A DNA stretch of 64,000 bases from an uncultured Alphaproteobacteria bacterium. GTDB taxonomy: Bacteria; Pseudomonadota; Alphaproteobacteria; RF32; CAG-239. How positions within the stretch are numbered: the stretch's first letter is position 1; every line of letters begins with the position of its first letter. Shown in pieces: positions 1-8,255 of this stretch. The translations under genes and the position numbers were made by a program. A model generated the notes under the pieces. That model saw only the letters and a program-made list of their open reading frames with translations. It was not told the DNA's origin and searched no databases. The stretch lies in assembly GCA_910587405.1 (NCBI GenBank), contig CAJUKS010000001.1, forward strand, positions 197,325-261,324, in the 5' to 3' direction.

Positions 1-136
1 TGGTTGAGTAATCGACGTTATCAAAAGTTCCGTCGTTGGGGCTGATATCCCAAGGGTTGGCCGGCAACTGGGCCGAGACGCCTTTGGCGGTTACCAAAGC
101 CGCAGCCATTGCCAAAATACTGAATAATTTTTTCAT
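1..136 (-). CDS. Secreted hypothetical protein, 5' part only (runs off the window edge)
   Basis: Reverse-complement of 1..136 reads MKKLFSILAMAAALVTAKGVSAQ..., a typical Sec signal peptide. The ORF continues past position 1. Confidence 0.3.
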   Translation of the reverse strand, partial: MKKLFSILAMAAALVTAKGVSAQLPANPWDISPNDGTFDNVDYST

Positions 137-367
137 TCTCGCCTCCACAATGTTCCACTATGGTTATAGTAGCATATGTTAATCAAAAATAATAGTTACA
201 TTTCGGTTACATCTTAAAAAAGCCCTTACCGTCCGCCGCCGGGAAAGATTATGCTTGTATTTTGCGGTTGATATGTGATATATTCCCTAAAATTAACGTT
301 TTATACAGTATTTAAATATATTGTATAACAAAAATGACTAAATTCAAGATTTAAAAGAGATTGCCAG

Positions 368-1129
368 ATGACAGAAGTATTGTTTAACGGCCATGCCGGC
401 AGAATAGAGGGACGTTATCATCAAAGCAGCCGTCCCGGCGCGCCGATTGCCCTGATTTTGCATCCCCATCCCCAATACGGTGGAACAATGAGCAATAAGG
501 TTGTATATGCTTTGTTCAGTTGTTTCAAAGATCTGGGGTTTTCGGTTCTTCGTTTCAATTTTCGCGGCGTCGGCCGTTCGCAGGGGCAGTTTGAAGACGG
601 TCCGGGCGAACTTTCGGACGCGACGGTGGCTCTTGACTGGCTGCAGTCGGTCAATCCGGAAGCGCGTCAATGCTGGATTGCGGGTTATTCTTTCGGTGCG
701 TGGGTCGGGCTGCAGTTGTTGATGCGTCGTCCCGATATCAACAATTTTATTGCCGTTTCTCCGCCGGCCAACGAAAAGGATTTTTCTTTTCTGGCGCCAT
801 GCCCGACTTCGGGGCTGATTGTTCAGGGCGGACAGGACGAAATTGTTACGCCGGCAACGGTATCGGCTTTGGCCAAGCGGCTTAACGGACAGCGCAGCGT
901 CGAGGTTGATTTTGCAATGATTGAGGACGGTGACCATATGTATAACGGGCATCTGACCGATTTGTATAAAATTGCCGGCAATTACGTTATCAGCGCCGTG
1001 CAACGCAAAAAACCGCAGAAAAAACGTCGCGGCCGCCGGCGTAAAAACGAGCTGACCGGCGAAGAAAGCGACCTTCCGATGATCTCGGCCGACAACGAAA
1101 CCGAGGTTGATGACGAAACCGAGGAGTAA
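368..1129 (+). CDS. Alpha/beta-fold hydrolase (esterase-like) with a basic/acidic C-terminal tail
   Basis: ORF-track 253 aa. It has a GYSFG nucleophile elbow (GxSxG) and an HPHPQYGG motif, with D and H candidates downstream. A terminator hairpin follows at 1157..1183. Confidence 0.65.
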   Translation: MTEVLFNGHAGRIEGRYHQSSRPGAPIALILHPHPQYGGTMSNKVVYALFSCFKDLGFSVLRFNFRGVGRSQGQFEDGPGELSDATVALDWLQSVNPEARQCWIAGYSFGAWVGLQLLMRRPDINNFIAVSPPANEKDFSFLAPCPTSGLIVQGGQDEIVTPATVSALAKRLNGQRSVEVDFAMIEDGDHMYNGHLTDLYKIAGNYVISAVQRKKPQKKRRGRRRKNELTGEESDLPMISADNETEVDDETEE

Positions 1130-1156
1130 AACCGACTGAGTGCCGCATTTTTGTAA

Positions 1157-1183
1157 AAGCCCCGCAATTGCGGGGCTTTTTGG
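1157..1183. terminator. Bidirectional rho-independent terminator between convergent genes
   Basis: aaaagccccgcaattgcggggcttttt: a GC stem flanked by an A-run and a T-run. Confidence 0.5.
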
Positions 1184-1215
1184 GTGTTGTGCCGGGGAAA
1201 GTCTTGAAGAAAAAA

Positions 1216-2880
1216 CTACTTTCGCTGTTGTTCCAGTTGTTTGTAGGTTTCGATAAACTGACTGTAATCGCCGCGGCTTGGGGGAGTCTGTTGGGACTGA
1301 ACCGTTTCCTGATTTGTATTCTTGTCTGACAGAACCGTGCGGGCATAGTCAATATGTTTGCTGATGACCCGCTGTTTAGTGTAGTTGTCGGTAATGTCAA
1401 CCAAATTTGCGGTGTTATCGTTTGTTTTGGCGCGGAACCGGTCACCGGCGCGGACATAGTCGTCGGTCAGCGGGGTTGTTTTGCAGTCGGCTGCGTAAGC
1501 CGGGGCGATCGTTTCGCTTGTGTACATGCCGGTCAGCTTTTGATAATCACCGCTTTGGCGGTACTGTTCCAATTCGGCCTCGATCAGGCGGCGCAGCGTA
1601 TTGTCAGGTGATTTTTCGCCAAATTTTTCCGTCATCAGTTTTTCGAAATTGCGGCGGCTGAAATTGTCTTGCGCCTGCATCCGGCTTTCGGCCAGTTTAA
1701 GACTCCAACCATCTTGTTCATCCCAATATCCGTATCCGCCGCTTTTGTGACCTTGCCGATCCGTCAGCGGTTTGCCGTTTGAAGCATAGAGGACGTTAGC
1801 TTCGTATTTTTTGCCGTCAGGCGCGGTAACGATGCTTTCGTCGGGCAGGCGTTGCCGTTCTCCGTCTTCCATGACAGTATAGCAAAAGCTCTGATCCGAT
1901 TCGCGAATACATTTTGATATCGCATAAGACTGCCCGTTGAGGTTGGCGGTAAAGGTTTCGCCGAAGACAACGGGTGCGGTGGCGGTAATTTGCGATACGG
2001 CTTTTAAATCAAGATTTTGAGCATAAGCATGCTTATAGGTTTCCGAATTCCAATAGCTGTGAGAATCAAAAATGGCCTCCGAATTGCGTTGCAGATATCC
2101 GCCCTGATGAATTTGGCGAAATTCGTCAATCACCTGTTGCGGCGTTTTTCCCGTGATTTGACCTTCTTTGCAAAAAGAATTGAGTTCGTCCGCCATGCTG
2201 AACAGCAGATAATCCTGAGGAGACAGCAAAGAGGAAGGGAGGAGGGCTTTTTCCTTAATGAGGGCGGTTTGTCCGTGTTCCAGCTCATGCGTGACAACAT
2301 GAGAGGAAGTGTTTTCGAAATTGATGTTGTCAATTGAGCGTAAAAAATCGGCGGCCGCTTCCAAACCGGTTTCAAAAGCGGTCCGGCGTACGTTTTGCAT
2401 GTTTTTCTTGCTTAAAACGGTTTCGGCAGAGGAAAGAACGTTTTGAACTTCTTCCAGCGATTTGGGCAGCGGGCCGGGATATTTGACCGCTTTTAACATC
2501 TGCTGAAATTCTTGTAAGGCGGCAGTGAAATCGTTACGCGGGAGTTGATTATCGTGATGTCGCGCGCGAAGATAGGCAATCTGATCACTGACGGAATAGG
2601 TTTGGCAAACCACTCTGCGATGCGAATGGTCGTAGTGGGCTTTTATTTCCTGATTGTAACCGCCGCCGTTCCAACTGCCGGGAAGAGGGGTATCGCGATC
2701 AATCGGGATGACGTTTTTAAAGATCCGAATATGTGAAAGCCCTTTACGGACGTCTGCCGGAATTTCTACCGGATCGGTCCGGACGTCCGAGTAGCTGTTA
2801 TCGGCAGCCTGTGCCGCGGAACCTGAAAGAGAACCGATTACGACCGAACCCAGAAACATTCTGGAAAACCAATTTGCCAT
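1216..2880 (-). CDS. Secreted protein with an HExxH zinc-metallopeptidase-like motif
   Basis: 554 aa. The N-terminus has a signal peptide (MANWFSRMFLGSVVIGSLSGSAAQA). An internal VVTHELEHG motif is the only family clue. No family can be assigned by eye. Confidence 0.5.
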   Translation of the reverse strand: MANWFSRMFLGSVVIGSLSGSAAQAADNSYSDVRTDPVEIPADVRKGLSHIRIFKNVIPIDRDTPLPGSWNGGGYNQEIKAHYDHSHRRVVCQTYSVSDQIAYLRARHHDNQLPRNDFTAALQEFQQMLKAVKYPGPLPKSLEEVQNVLSSAETVLSKKNMQNVRRTAFETGLEAAADFLRSIDNINFENTSSHVVTHELEHGQTALIKEKALLPSSLLSPQDYLLFSMADELNSFCKEGQITGKTPQQVIDEFRQIHQGGYLQRNSEAIFDSHSYWNSETYKHAYAQNLDLKAVSQITATAPVVFGETFTANLNGQSYAISKCIRESDQSFCYTVMEDGERQRLPDESIVTAPDGKKYEANVLYASNGKPLTDRQGHKSGGYGYWDEQDGWSLKLAESRMQAQDNFSRRNFEKLMTEKFGEKSPDNTLRRLIEAELEQYRQSGDYQKLTGMYTSETIAPAYAADCKTTPLTDDYVRAGDRFRAKTNDNTANLVDITDNYTKQRVISKHIDYARTVLSDKNTNQETVQSQQTPPSRGDYSQFIETYKQLEQQRK

Positions 2881-2962
2881 GACTCAAGTCCCGTTTGTTG
2901 AAAATTATAATAAAGAACATGTTAATGCAAAAAGGAAGAGTAAGCAATCTTTATTATGAACG

Positions 2963-3184
2963 CTAAGCCGAAATTTGCTTTTTGAGATGATTGAGGACGT
3001 AGATGCGTACGGCCGATGAAAGGTTGTTTTTTTCGCTTCGTCCGGTATCTATTTCCGTGATCAGCTGATTGAGGGAAATATTGCGGCGGCTGCAGATATT
3101 AATCAACTCGTCAAAAAACTCTTTTTCGAGCGAAATGCTGGTGTAGTGGCGTCCGGCGATGATAACCGACTTTTTAAGCATTGC
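2963..3184 (-). CDS. Ribbon-helix-helix (CopG/Arc-like) domain protein
   Basis: The C-terminal 70 aa (MLKKSVIIAGRHYTSISLEKEFFDELINICSRRNISLNQLITEID...) look RHH-like. The track ORF extends to 3313, but that extension overlaps sspB, so the internal Met at 3184 is preferred. Confidence 0.4.
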   Translation of the reverse strand, partial: AMLKKSVIIAGRHYTSISLEKEFFDELINICSRRNISLNQLITEIDTGRSEKNNLSSAVRIYVLNHLKKQISA

Positions 3185-3629
3185 CGTTTTTCCGAAAAGC
3201 GTCGATAGAGACCACGTCGGCGTTTTTACGGGCGGGCGCCGCTTCGGCTTCGGGGGTGTTGCTGTCGAGTTCGCTGCCGAAACTGATGCCGAAACGGACA
3301 CTCGGATCGCCAAAATAGGTTACCGCGGCAAAAGGAATTTCCAAAACATAAGGAACGCGGCTGAATTTGAGCGTAACGCTGAAACCGGCGGCACCGACTT
3401 TGAGGTCGGAAAACTGGTTTTGCAGCACAATAGTCATTTCTTTGGGGTATTGACTGCGGATCAGTTCGTCCATCTGCACCCCCGGATAGTCGGTACGAAA
3501 AGCGATATAAAAGTGATGGTCGCCGGGCAGGCCTTGTTTTTCAACAATTTTTAAAGCATCAATGACGACATGTTTCAGGGCGTTTTCCACCAAGCGGTCA
3601 TAATTGATTTCATTTAAATATTTTTCCAT
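3174..3629 (-). CDS. sspB: ClpXP adaptor SspB-like protein (stringent starvation protein B family)
   Basis: 151 aa with the size and composition of alphaproteobacterial SspB. It lies immediately downstream (same strand) of the tmRNA gene, which is the conserved ssrA-sspB arrangement in alphaproteobacteria. Confidence 0.55.
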   Translation of the reverse strand: MEKYLNEINYDRLVENALKHVVIDALKIVEKQGLPGDHHFYIAFRTDYPGVQMDELIRSQYPKEMTIVLQNQFSDLKVGAAGFSVTLKFSRVPYVLEIPFAAVTYFGDPSVRFGISFGSELDSNTPEAEAAPARKNADVVSIDAFRKNGNA

Positions 3630-3656
3630 TTGCGGCCGTTTCCTCTTTTTAAACTT

Positions 3657-3967
3657 AAAAAATGAGCCGTTCTGTTGCTGGGTGGCTCACTCCCCACTCA
3701 CAACTAACCATAGTTATGAGGATTTGCGTTTGTTGCAGCTACCAATTAAGCAGCCAAAGCAACAGGTGCTAATTCATTATCGTTAGCATTCATTTTATTT
3801 TGAACCGATAACGGTGGTATCTCACCGAACACAGCAAAATGCCTTTATTATACCCTGTCAATCCTGTCTCGCCCCCGTTGAAAATTTTGGTGGAGGCGCC
3901 GGGTACTGCCCCCGGGTCCAGAATATCTATTCCACACAGCCTCTAGTGTCATAGTTGATTGCTCAAC
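3657..3967 (-). ncRNA. ssrA: Two-piece (circularly permuted) tmRNA, ssrA: acceptor piece followed by coding piece
   Basis: On the minus strand there is a tRNA-like T-arm and acceptor ending ...CCGGGGGCAGTACCCGGCGCCTCCACCA (CCA at plus 3888..3893). An 11-nt intervening segment follows, then GGGGGCG, which can pair with CGCCUCC. The tag reading frame is GCT AAC GAT AAT GAA TTA GCA CCT GTT GCT TTG GCT GCT TAA, giving ANDNELAPVALAA plus stop (plus 3746..3787). A terminator hairpin plus T-run ends near plus 3657. Confidence 0.75.
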
Positions 3968-3973
3968 ACTTAT

Positions 3974-4002
3974 ATTTTAGGCGATTAAAAGATATTTTGC
4001 AA
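3974..4002 (-). promoter_or_regulatory. Sigma-70-like promoter for ssrA (TTGCAA-N17-TAAAAT)
   Basis: Minus-strand -35 TTGCAA (plus 3997..4002), an exact 17-nt spacer, and -10 TAAAAT (plus 3974..3979). It sits just upstream of the predicted 5' end of the acceptor piece. Confidence 0.45.
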
Positions 4003-4104
4003 GTGGTTTGCATAAATAATTGTGTGATAACTTGCGCGACGGACTTGTCAAGCGACGCCGAGGTGTTAAAATTGCGGTCGTAAAAGCACAATGAAAGGGA
4101 AAAA

Positions 4105-4680
4105 ATGACCAAAGTCGCAATCTGGTGCCGTCATCAAGACGATAATGTTATCGGTATCGGGCCGAAAATCCCGTGGCATGTAAAGTCGGATTTTCAGCGG
4201 TTTCGCCGCATCACCGAAGGCCAAAGCCTGGTTGCGGGGCAGACGACCTACGAAAGTTTTCCCAACCGTACGCTTCCCAACCGCAAAATTTACGTGTTGA
4301 CGCTGGATGCGGCTTATCAGGTCTCTGATCCCGAAAAGCACGCTGTGGTTAACGACGTTAATTTGTTCAAGGAATGGGACGAGGATTTGTATATTGCCGG
4401 CGGTGCCACCGTTTATAAGCTGTTTATGACCGGCGGGGCCAAACTGATGCCGGAAATTGTGGTCGATTGTGTTTATCACGGCCCTCTTGATCCTGATGTT
4501 AAAGGTGAAAAGGTTTGCATAACTCCCTGTGTTGAAAGTTTAAATAAAAATTATCGGCAAATCTCCCGCGATTATGAGTTGGATCATATTACGACTCGAA
4601 TCCTGGTTCGTAAAGGAGAGTTTGTCGAACAGAACGTGCTTAAAAGAATTGTCAAAGCTATTGAAGAAGGACTGGATTGA
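4105..4680 (+). CDS. folA: Dihydrofolate reductase with a ~25-aa C-terminal extension
   Basis: IGxxxxIPW and [10 protein letters not shown] motifs are present. It overlaps thyA by 4 bp (ATGA), a typical folA-thyA coupling. Confidence 0.85.
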   Translation: MTKVAIWCRHQDDNVIGIGPKIPWHVKSDFQRFRRITEGQSLVAGQTTYESFPNRTLPNRKIYVLTLDAAYQVSDPEKHAVVNDVNLFKEWDEDLYIAGGATVYKLFMTGGAKLMPEIVVDCVYHGPLDPDVKGEKVCITPCVESLNKNYRQISRDYELDHITTRILVRKGEFVEQNVLKRIVKAIEEGLD

Positions 4681-5465
4681 TGCAGCAATATTTAGATTTG
4701 CTTAATGATATTCTGGAAAACGGTGTTGATAAAATGGATCGTACCGGCACCGGCACCAGATCGGTGTTTGGGCGCCAGATGAGGTTTGACCTGCAAAAGG
4801 GTTTTCCGTTGATGACAACCAAAAAAATGCATCTCAAAAGCATTATTCACGAATTGTTGTGGTTTATCAAAGGTGAAACCAACATCCGTTATTTGCAGGA
4901 AAACGGTGTGCGGATTTGGAACGAATGGGCGGACGAAAACGGCGATTTGGGACCGGTTTACGGTTCGCAGTGGCGCAACTGGAACGGCGAGGGTATCGAT
5001 CAGCTGGCGGAAGTGATTGAAAAGCTTAAGCATAATCCCAATGATCGCCGTATGATCGTTTCGGCCTGGAACGTCGGCAAAATCGCCGAAATGCGTCTGC
5101 CGCCGTGTCATATGATGTTTCAGTTTTATGTTGCCGACAACAAACTGTCCTGTATGTTGTATCAGCGCAGTTGCGATATGTTTCTCGGTGTGCCGTTCAA
5201 CATTGCTTCCTATGCGTTGCTTACGATGATGATTGCTCAGGTTTGCGGTCTGCAGCCGGGAGAATTTGTACATACTCTCGGTGACACGCATATTTATCAC
5301 AATCATTTTGATCAGGTGAAAGAACAGTTGCAACGCAAACCTCTGGATTTGCCGCAGATGAAAATTAATCCGGCAATCAAAGACATCAATCAGTTTAAAT
5401 ATGAAGATTTTGAGCTGGTGGATTATCATTGCTACGAAGCGATAAAAGCTAAAGTTGCAGTTTAA
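4677..5465 (+). CDS. thyA: Thymidylate synthase (ThyA type)
   Basis: 262 aa with the conserved RTGTGT, the catalytic Cys in PPCH, and the [16 protein letters not shown] signature. Confidence 0.95.
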   Translation: MMQQYLDLLNDILENGVDKMDRTGTGTRSVFGRQMRFDLQKGFPLMTTKKMHLKSIIHELLWFIKGETNIRYLQENGVRIWNEWADENGDLGPVYGSQWRNWNGEGIDQLAEVIEKLKHNPNDRRMIVSAWNVGKIAEMRLPPCHMMFQFYVADNKLSCMLYQRSCDMFLGVPFNIASYALLTMMIAQVCGLQPGEFVHTLGDTHIYHNHFDQVKEQLQRKPLDLPQMKINPAIKDINQFKYEDFELVDYHCYEAIKAKVAV

Positions 5466-5478
5466 TAAGGATAATTAA

Positions 5479-5883
5479 ATGGATGATATAAAGAAATTTT
5501 TTGATGAATATTCCAAATTCGTCGATGAGGTTGCTTCGCCGTTGGGGAAGAAAGATGACGCTTTCTTGGAACGCGGACAAGAGCTTTCAAAATGGCTGAA
5601 CGGCAATTTTGCGCGAATGGATATGGCTGCCGCCGGTTTGTGCGGCGAAGCGGGAGAAATCGGCGATCTGTGGAAAAAACTCAAATTCCACGGCAAAGAA
5701 CTCAATGAAGAAAACCGGCAGAAACTGATTGACGAGTTGAGTGATGTTTGTTGGTATGTTGCGCAAGCCGCAATTGCCTTGAACGTCGGTTGGGATGACG
5801 TTATCCGCCACAATGTGGAAAAACTTCGAGCCCGGCATCCGCACGGTTTTTCTCCCGAATACATGAAACTAAAAAAAGACTAG
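5479..5883 (+). CDS. MazG-like all-alpha nucleoside triphosphate pyrophosphohydrolase
   Basis: 134 aa. The EAGEIGDLWKK and ELSDVCWYV motifs are characteristic of MazG and dimeric dUTPase/dCTPase family EExxE/D metal sites. Confidence 0.65.
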   Translation: MDDIKKFFDEYSKFVDEVASPLGKKDDAFLERGQELSKWLNGNFARMDMAAAGLCGEAGEIGDLWKKLKFHGKELNEENRQKLIDELSDVCWYVAQAAIALNVGWDDVIRHNVEKLRARHPHGFSPEYMKLKKD

Positions 5884-5893
5884 GAATTTTAAT

Positions 5894-6889
5894 ATGACTG
5901 AAAATAATGATCAACAACAGCCTGAGGCAAAAAAAGAAAAAAACAGACTTTGGATGAGCGCCGCTTTGTGGGCGGATCGGGAATATATTCGTGAAAGTGC
6001 TGAGAACTATCAACAAACCAAATGGTATGCGTCTTCGCGTTTTTGGCCGGCGGCACTTGTTCTGATTTTGACCTGGGTAAGCGCGGTAGTCGTGGGCAAT
6101 TATGAAAATGCGGCAATCTATTCTTTTGTTTTGTGCCCGTTATTGTATCTTAACGTAAAAGGGTATCGCTGGTCTTTGCTGCTGTTTGCGTTGCTTTATA
6201 CGATTGATAAAGCCGGCGCATTGTATATGAATCTCAATAACCCAAAGTCAAATCCGATCATCTTAATTATTTGGTGGGTAATTATTGTCGGTGCAACCCT
6301 GAGCGCTTTCCGAATCGAGAACTACCGTCATAAACACCAAATGGCCGGTCGCGCGAATTATGTCCGTGATCTGGCAGTGGTACTTGCTTTTTTGGGTTTG
6401 AGTTTTGCCGGCGGTTATTTTTATCTGTTTAACAACCGGTTGACGGTAGAACAGAGAGGAAAAATAGCTTTTTCGTATGGTGTTGTCGAACGTTATTCAA
6501 ATTTGATCGGCCGTTATTGCCATGCTCAGGGCGTGGACTTAAAGAAGCTTCCCGAACAGTTTCATACCGCCTATCAGACAGAGATTGCTGCGGTGGAAAA
6601 ATGGGTAAACAAAGATCAGTCCTTTAAAACACAGCTGGGAAATATTTTGGAAAATTACAAAAAGAGCATCGACCAAGAGTTTGATGATGAACGCAAGCTT
6701 TTGATTATGCTTGAGTTGGCGCATCAAGAAGGAAAAGATGTCAATGATTTGGCATGGAAACCGGAATATGACCGGCTGCTGTCACCGCAGGAGTATTGCG
6801 CATTTGTGGATGACAATTTTGATCTGTTTGAACAGTCGGGCAGTTTTGAGGAATTTGTTCAATCCGTAAGAGATCTTGAACAGCAGTAA
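5894..6889 (+). CDS. Hypothetical membrane protein
   Basis: 331 aa with four hydrophobic segments in the N-terminal half and a hydrophilic C-terminal half. A terminator hairpin lies at about 6911..6950. Confidence 0.45.
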   Translation: MTENNDQQQPEAKKEKNRLWMSAALWADREYIRESAENYQQTKWYASSRFWPAALVLILTWVSAVVVGNYENAAIYSFVLCPLLYLNVKGYRWSLLLFALLYTIDKAGALYMNLNNPKSNPIILIIWWVIIVGATLSAFRIENYRHKHQMAGRANYVRDLAVVLAFLGLSFAGGYFYLFNNRLTVEQRGKIAFSYGVVERYSNLIGRYCHAQGVDLKKLPEQFHTAYQTEIAAVEKWVNKDQSFKTQLGNILENYKKSIDQEFDDERKLLIMLELAHQEGKDVNDLAWKPEYDRLLSPQEYCAFVDDNFDLFEQSGSFEEFVQSVRDLEQQ

Positions 6890-6968
6890 AACAAATTCGG
6901 TATTAGAATGAAAAGCGGGCTGTCTTTGTAAAGACGGTCCGCTTTTTGTCAGGGGATAAGACAGATTA

Positions 6969-7523
6969 TTATTCTTTGGTGATGTATTGCGGCGGAATAA
7001 TGCCGCCTTTGATAATGATCAGATAATAGCGGACATAAGCAAACCGGCGTCCCAGTTTATCGTTGCAGGCGTTCCAGTCGACCGGAGAAGTGCTGATCTC
7101 ATTGGTGCCGTTTAGTTTGAAGAGTATCTCGTCGAAAGTGTTTTGTTCGTTGATGCCGGGAACTTCGGACACCGGCGGGCTGACATACACGGCTTCTAAC
7201 AGATTGTCGCGTTCCAAGGCTTCGAGATCGATTGCGAACACGTCTGCATTTTCAATAAACTTTTTTAAGCACAAACTGTTTTCTGTCCATCGTATCGGTT
7301 CCGTAAAAGCTCTGATGCCCCGGCTGCGGCCGCTGAAGCAGCTTTCCATCCAGCGGACGATTCCCTGATGCGTATCGGCACCGGAACGTTTGTAATAATA
7401 ACTGAGGTCTGCCTGCGGATTGTTGGCGAAAGAAAGGATACCGCCCTCAAGCGCCGAATTTCCTTTGCTTATGTAATGATACAGTTTCATGGGGCGGTGG
7501 TTTAGTTGAGAAAAGTCAGGCAT
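6969..7523 (-). CDS. Hypothetical protein
   Basis: 184-aa ORF with no recognisable motif. It overlaps the next minus-strand gene by about 20 bp. Confidence 0.35.
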   Translation of the reverse strand: MPDFSQLNHRPMKLYHYISKGNSALEGGILSFANNPQADLSYYYKRSGADTHQGIVRWMESCFSGRSRGIRAFTEPIRWTENSLCLKKFIENADVFAIDLEALERDNLLEAVYVSPPVSEVPGINEQNTFDEILFKLNGTNEISTSPVDWNACNDKLGRRFAYVRYYLIIIKGGIIPPQYITKE

Positions 7524-8230
7524 AAGCCGATCACCAGCGGAATGGCCAAATTGTCGTCAATCCGGGTTTTTTCTTCGTAAACTTCGGCTAAAGTGGCCAG
7601 AACGCAGGCAATTACGCTGACATAGCCAAACGGTTCCAGATTATGAAACAGCATATTGATCAACAGGGCGCTGACAAAGAAAGCCGTTGTTCCTTCAAGA
7701 GATTTGTTGTGATATATCTGGCGGGTGCCGTATGCTTTGCCGAACAAGGCGGAACAGGCGTCGGAAACCAGCATGACCGTCATGGCGATGACGGCAACCG
7801 GCTTGGTGAAAAAAACGGTGCTCAGAACGGCGGCCGACATGACGTACATCGAACCGGTAAACTGAAAGTGGCTGCGGGCGCTTTCTTTACGGCGCAGGGT
7901 TTTGGAAAACAGGCCTCCGAAGATGATCCTTGCCCACTTCCATTTTTTGAAATTTCCGTATTCAAGCAATCCGTTGCCGATAAAGATGAGGGTAAACAAG
8001 CCGACCGCAATTTCTTCGCGAATGAAATAGATGGTCAGCGGAATCCATAAAGAACTCAGGTGGATCAGCTTTCGGTACAATTCGCGACGAAACGATTTGT
8101 TAACATCAACTTTTAACTGGCGGGTAAAAGTATGCAAATAATCGCGCAGGTGATAATCCTGAGCTTGCCAATACCGATTGTACAGGTTGATTTTTTTAAA
8201 TTTTACCGGTATTTTGAGTGGCTTAAACAT
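7502..8230 (-). CDS. CTP-dependent polyprenol/phytol kinase or CdsA-like cytidylyltransferase family membrane protein
   Basis: 242 aa and polytopic. The SDACSALFGKAYG motif resembles the CdsA/dolichol-kinase superfamily signature. Confidence 0.45.
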   Translation of the reverse strand: MFKPLKIPVKFKKINLYNRYWQAQDYHLRDYLHTFTRQLKVDVNKSFRRELYRKLIHLSSLWIPLTIYFIREEIAVGLFTLIFIGNGLLEYGNFKKWKWARIIFGGLFSKTLRRKESARSHFQFTGSMYVMSAAVLSTVFFTKPVAVIAMTVMLVSDACSALFGKAYGTRQIYHNKSLEGTTAFFVSALLINMLFHNLEPFGYVSVIACVLATLAEVYEEKTRIDDNLAIPLVIGLCLTFLN

Positions 8231-8255
8231 ACTTTTATCCCGTTGCAGAAAGTTG

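Noticed and set aside
344-1003. 219-aa minus-strand ORF overlapping the alpha/beta hydrolase
   Set aside because: The plus-strand frame carries the GxSxG hydrolase motifs. The minus frame is a low-complexity Arg-rich antisense read.
3185-3313. N-terminal 43-aa extension of the RHH ORF (track start 3313)
   Set aside because: It would overlap the sspB-like CDS by 140 bp on the same strand and is Ala/Ser/Val low-complexity. The internal Met at 3184 is more plausible.
3810-3830. TTGACA-ggg-TATAAT on the minus strand inside the tmRNA coding piece
   Set aside because: Both hexamers are perfect consensus, but they are separated by only 3 nt, so this cannot be a functional sigma-70 promoter. It is a coincidental part of the RNA.
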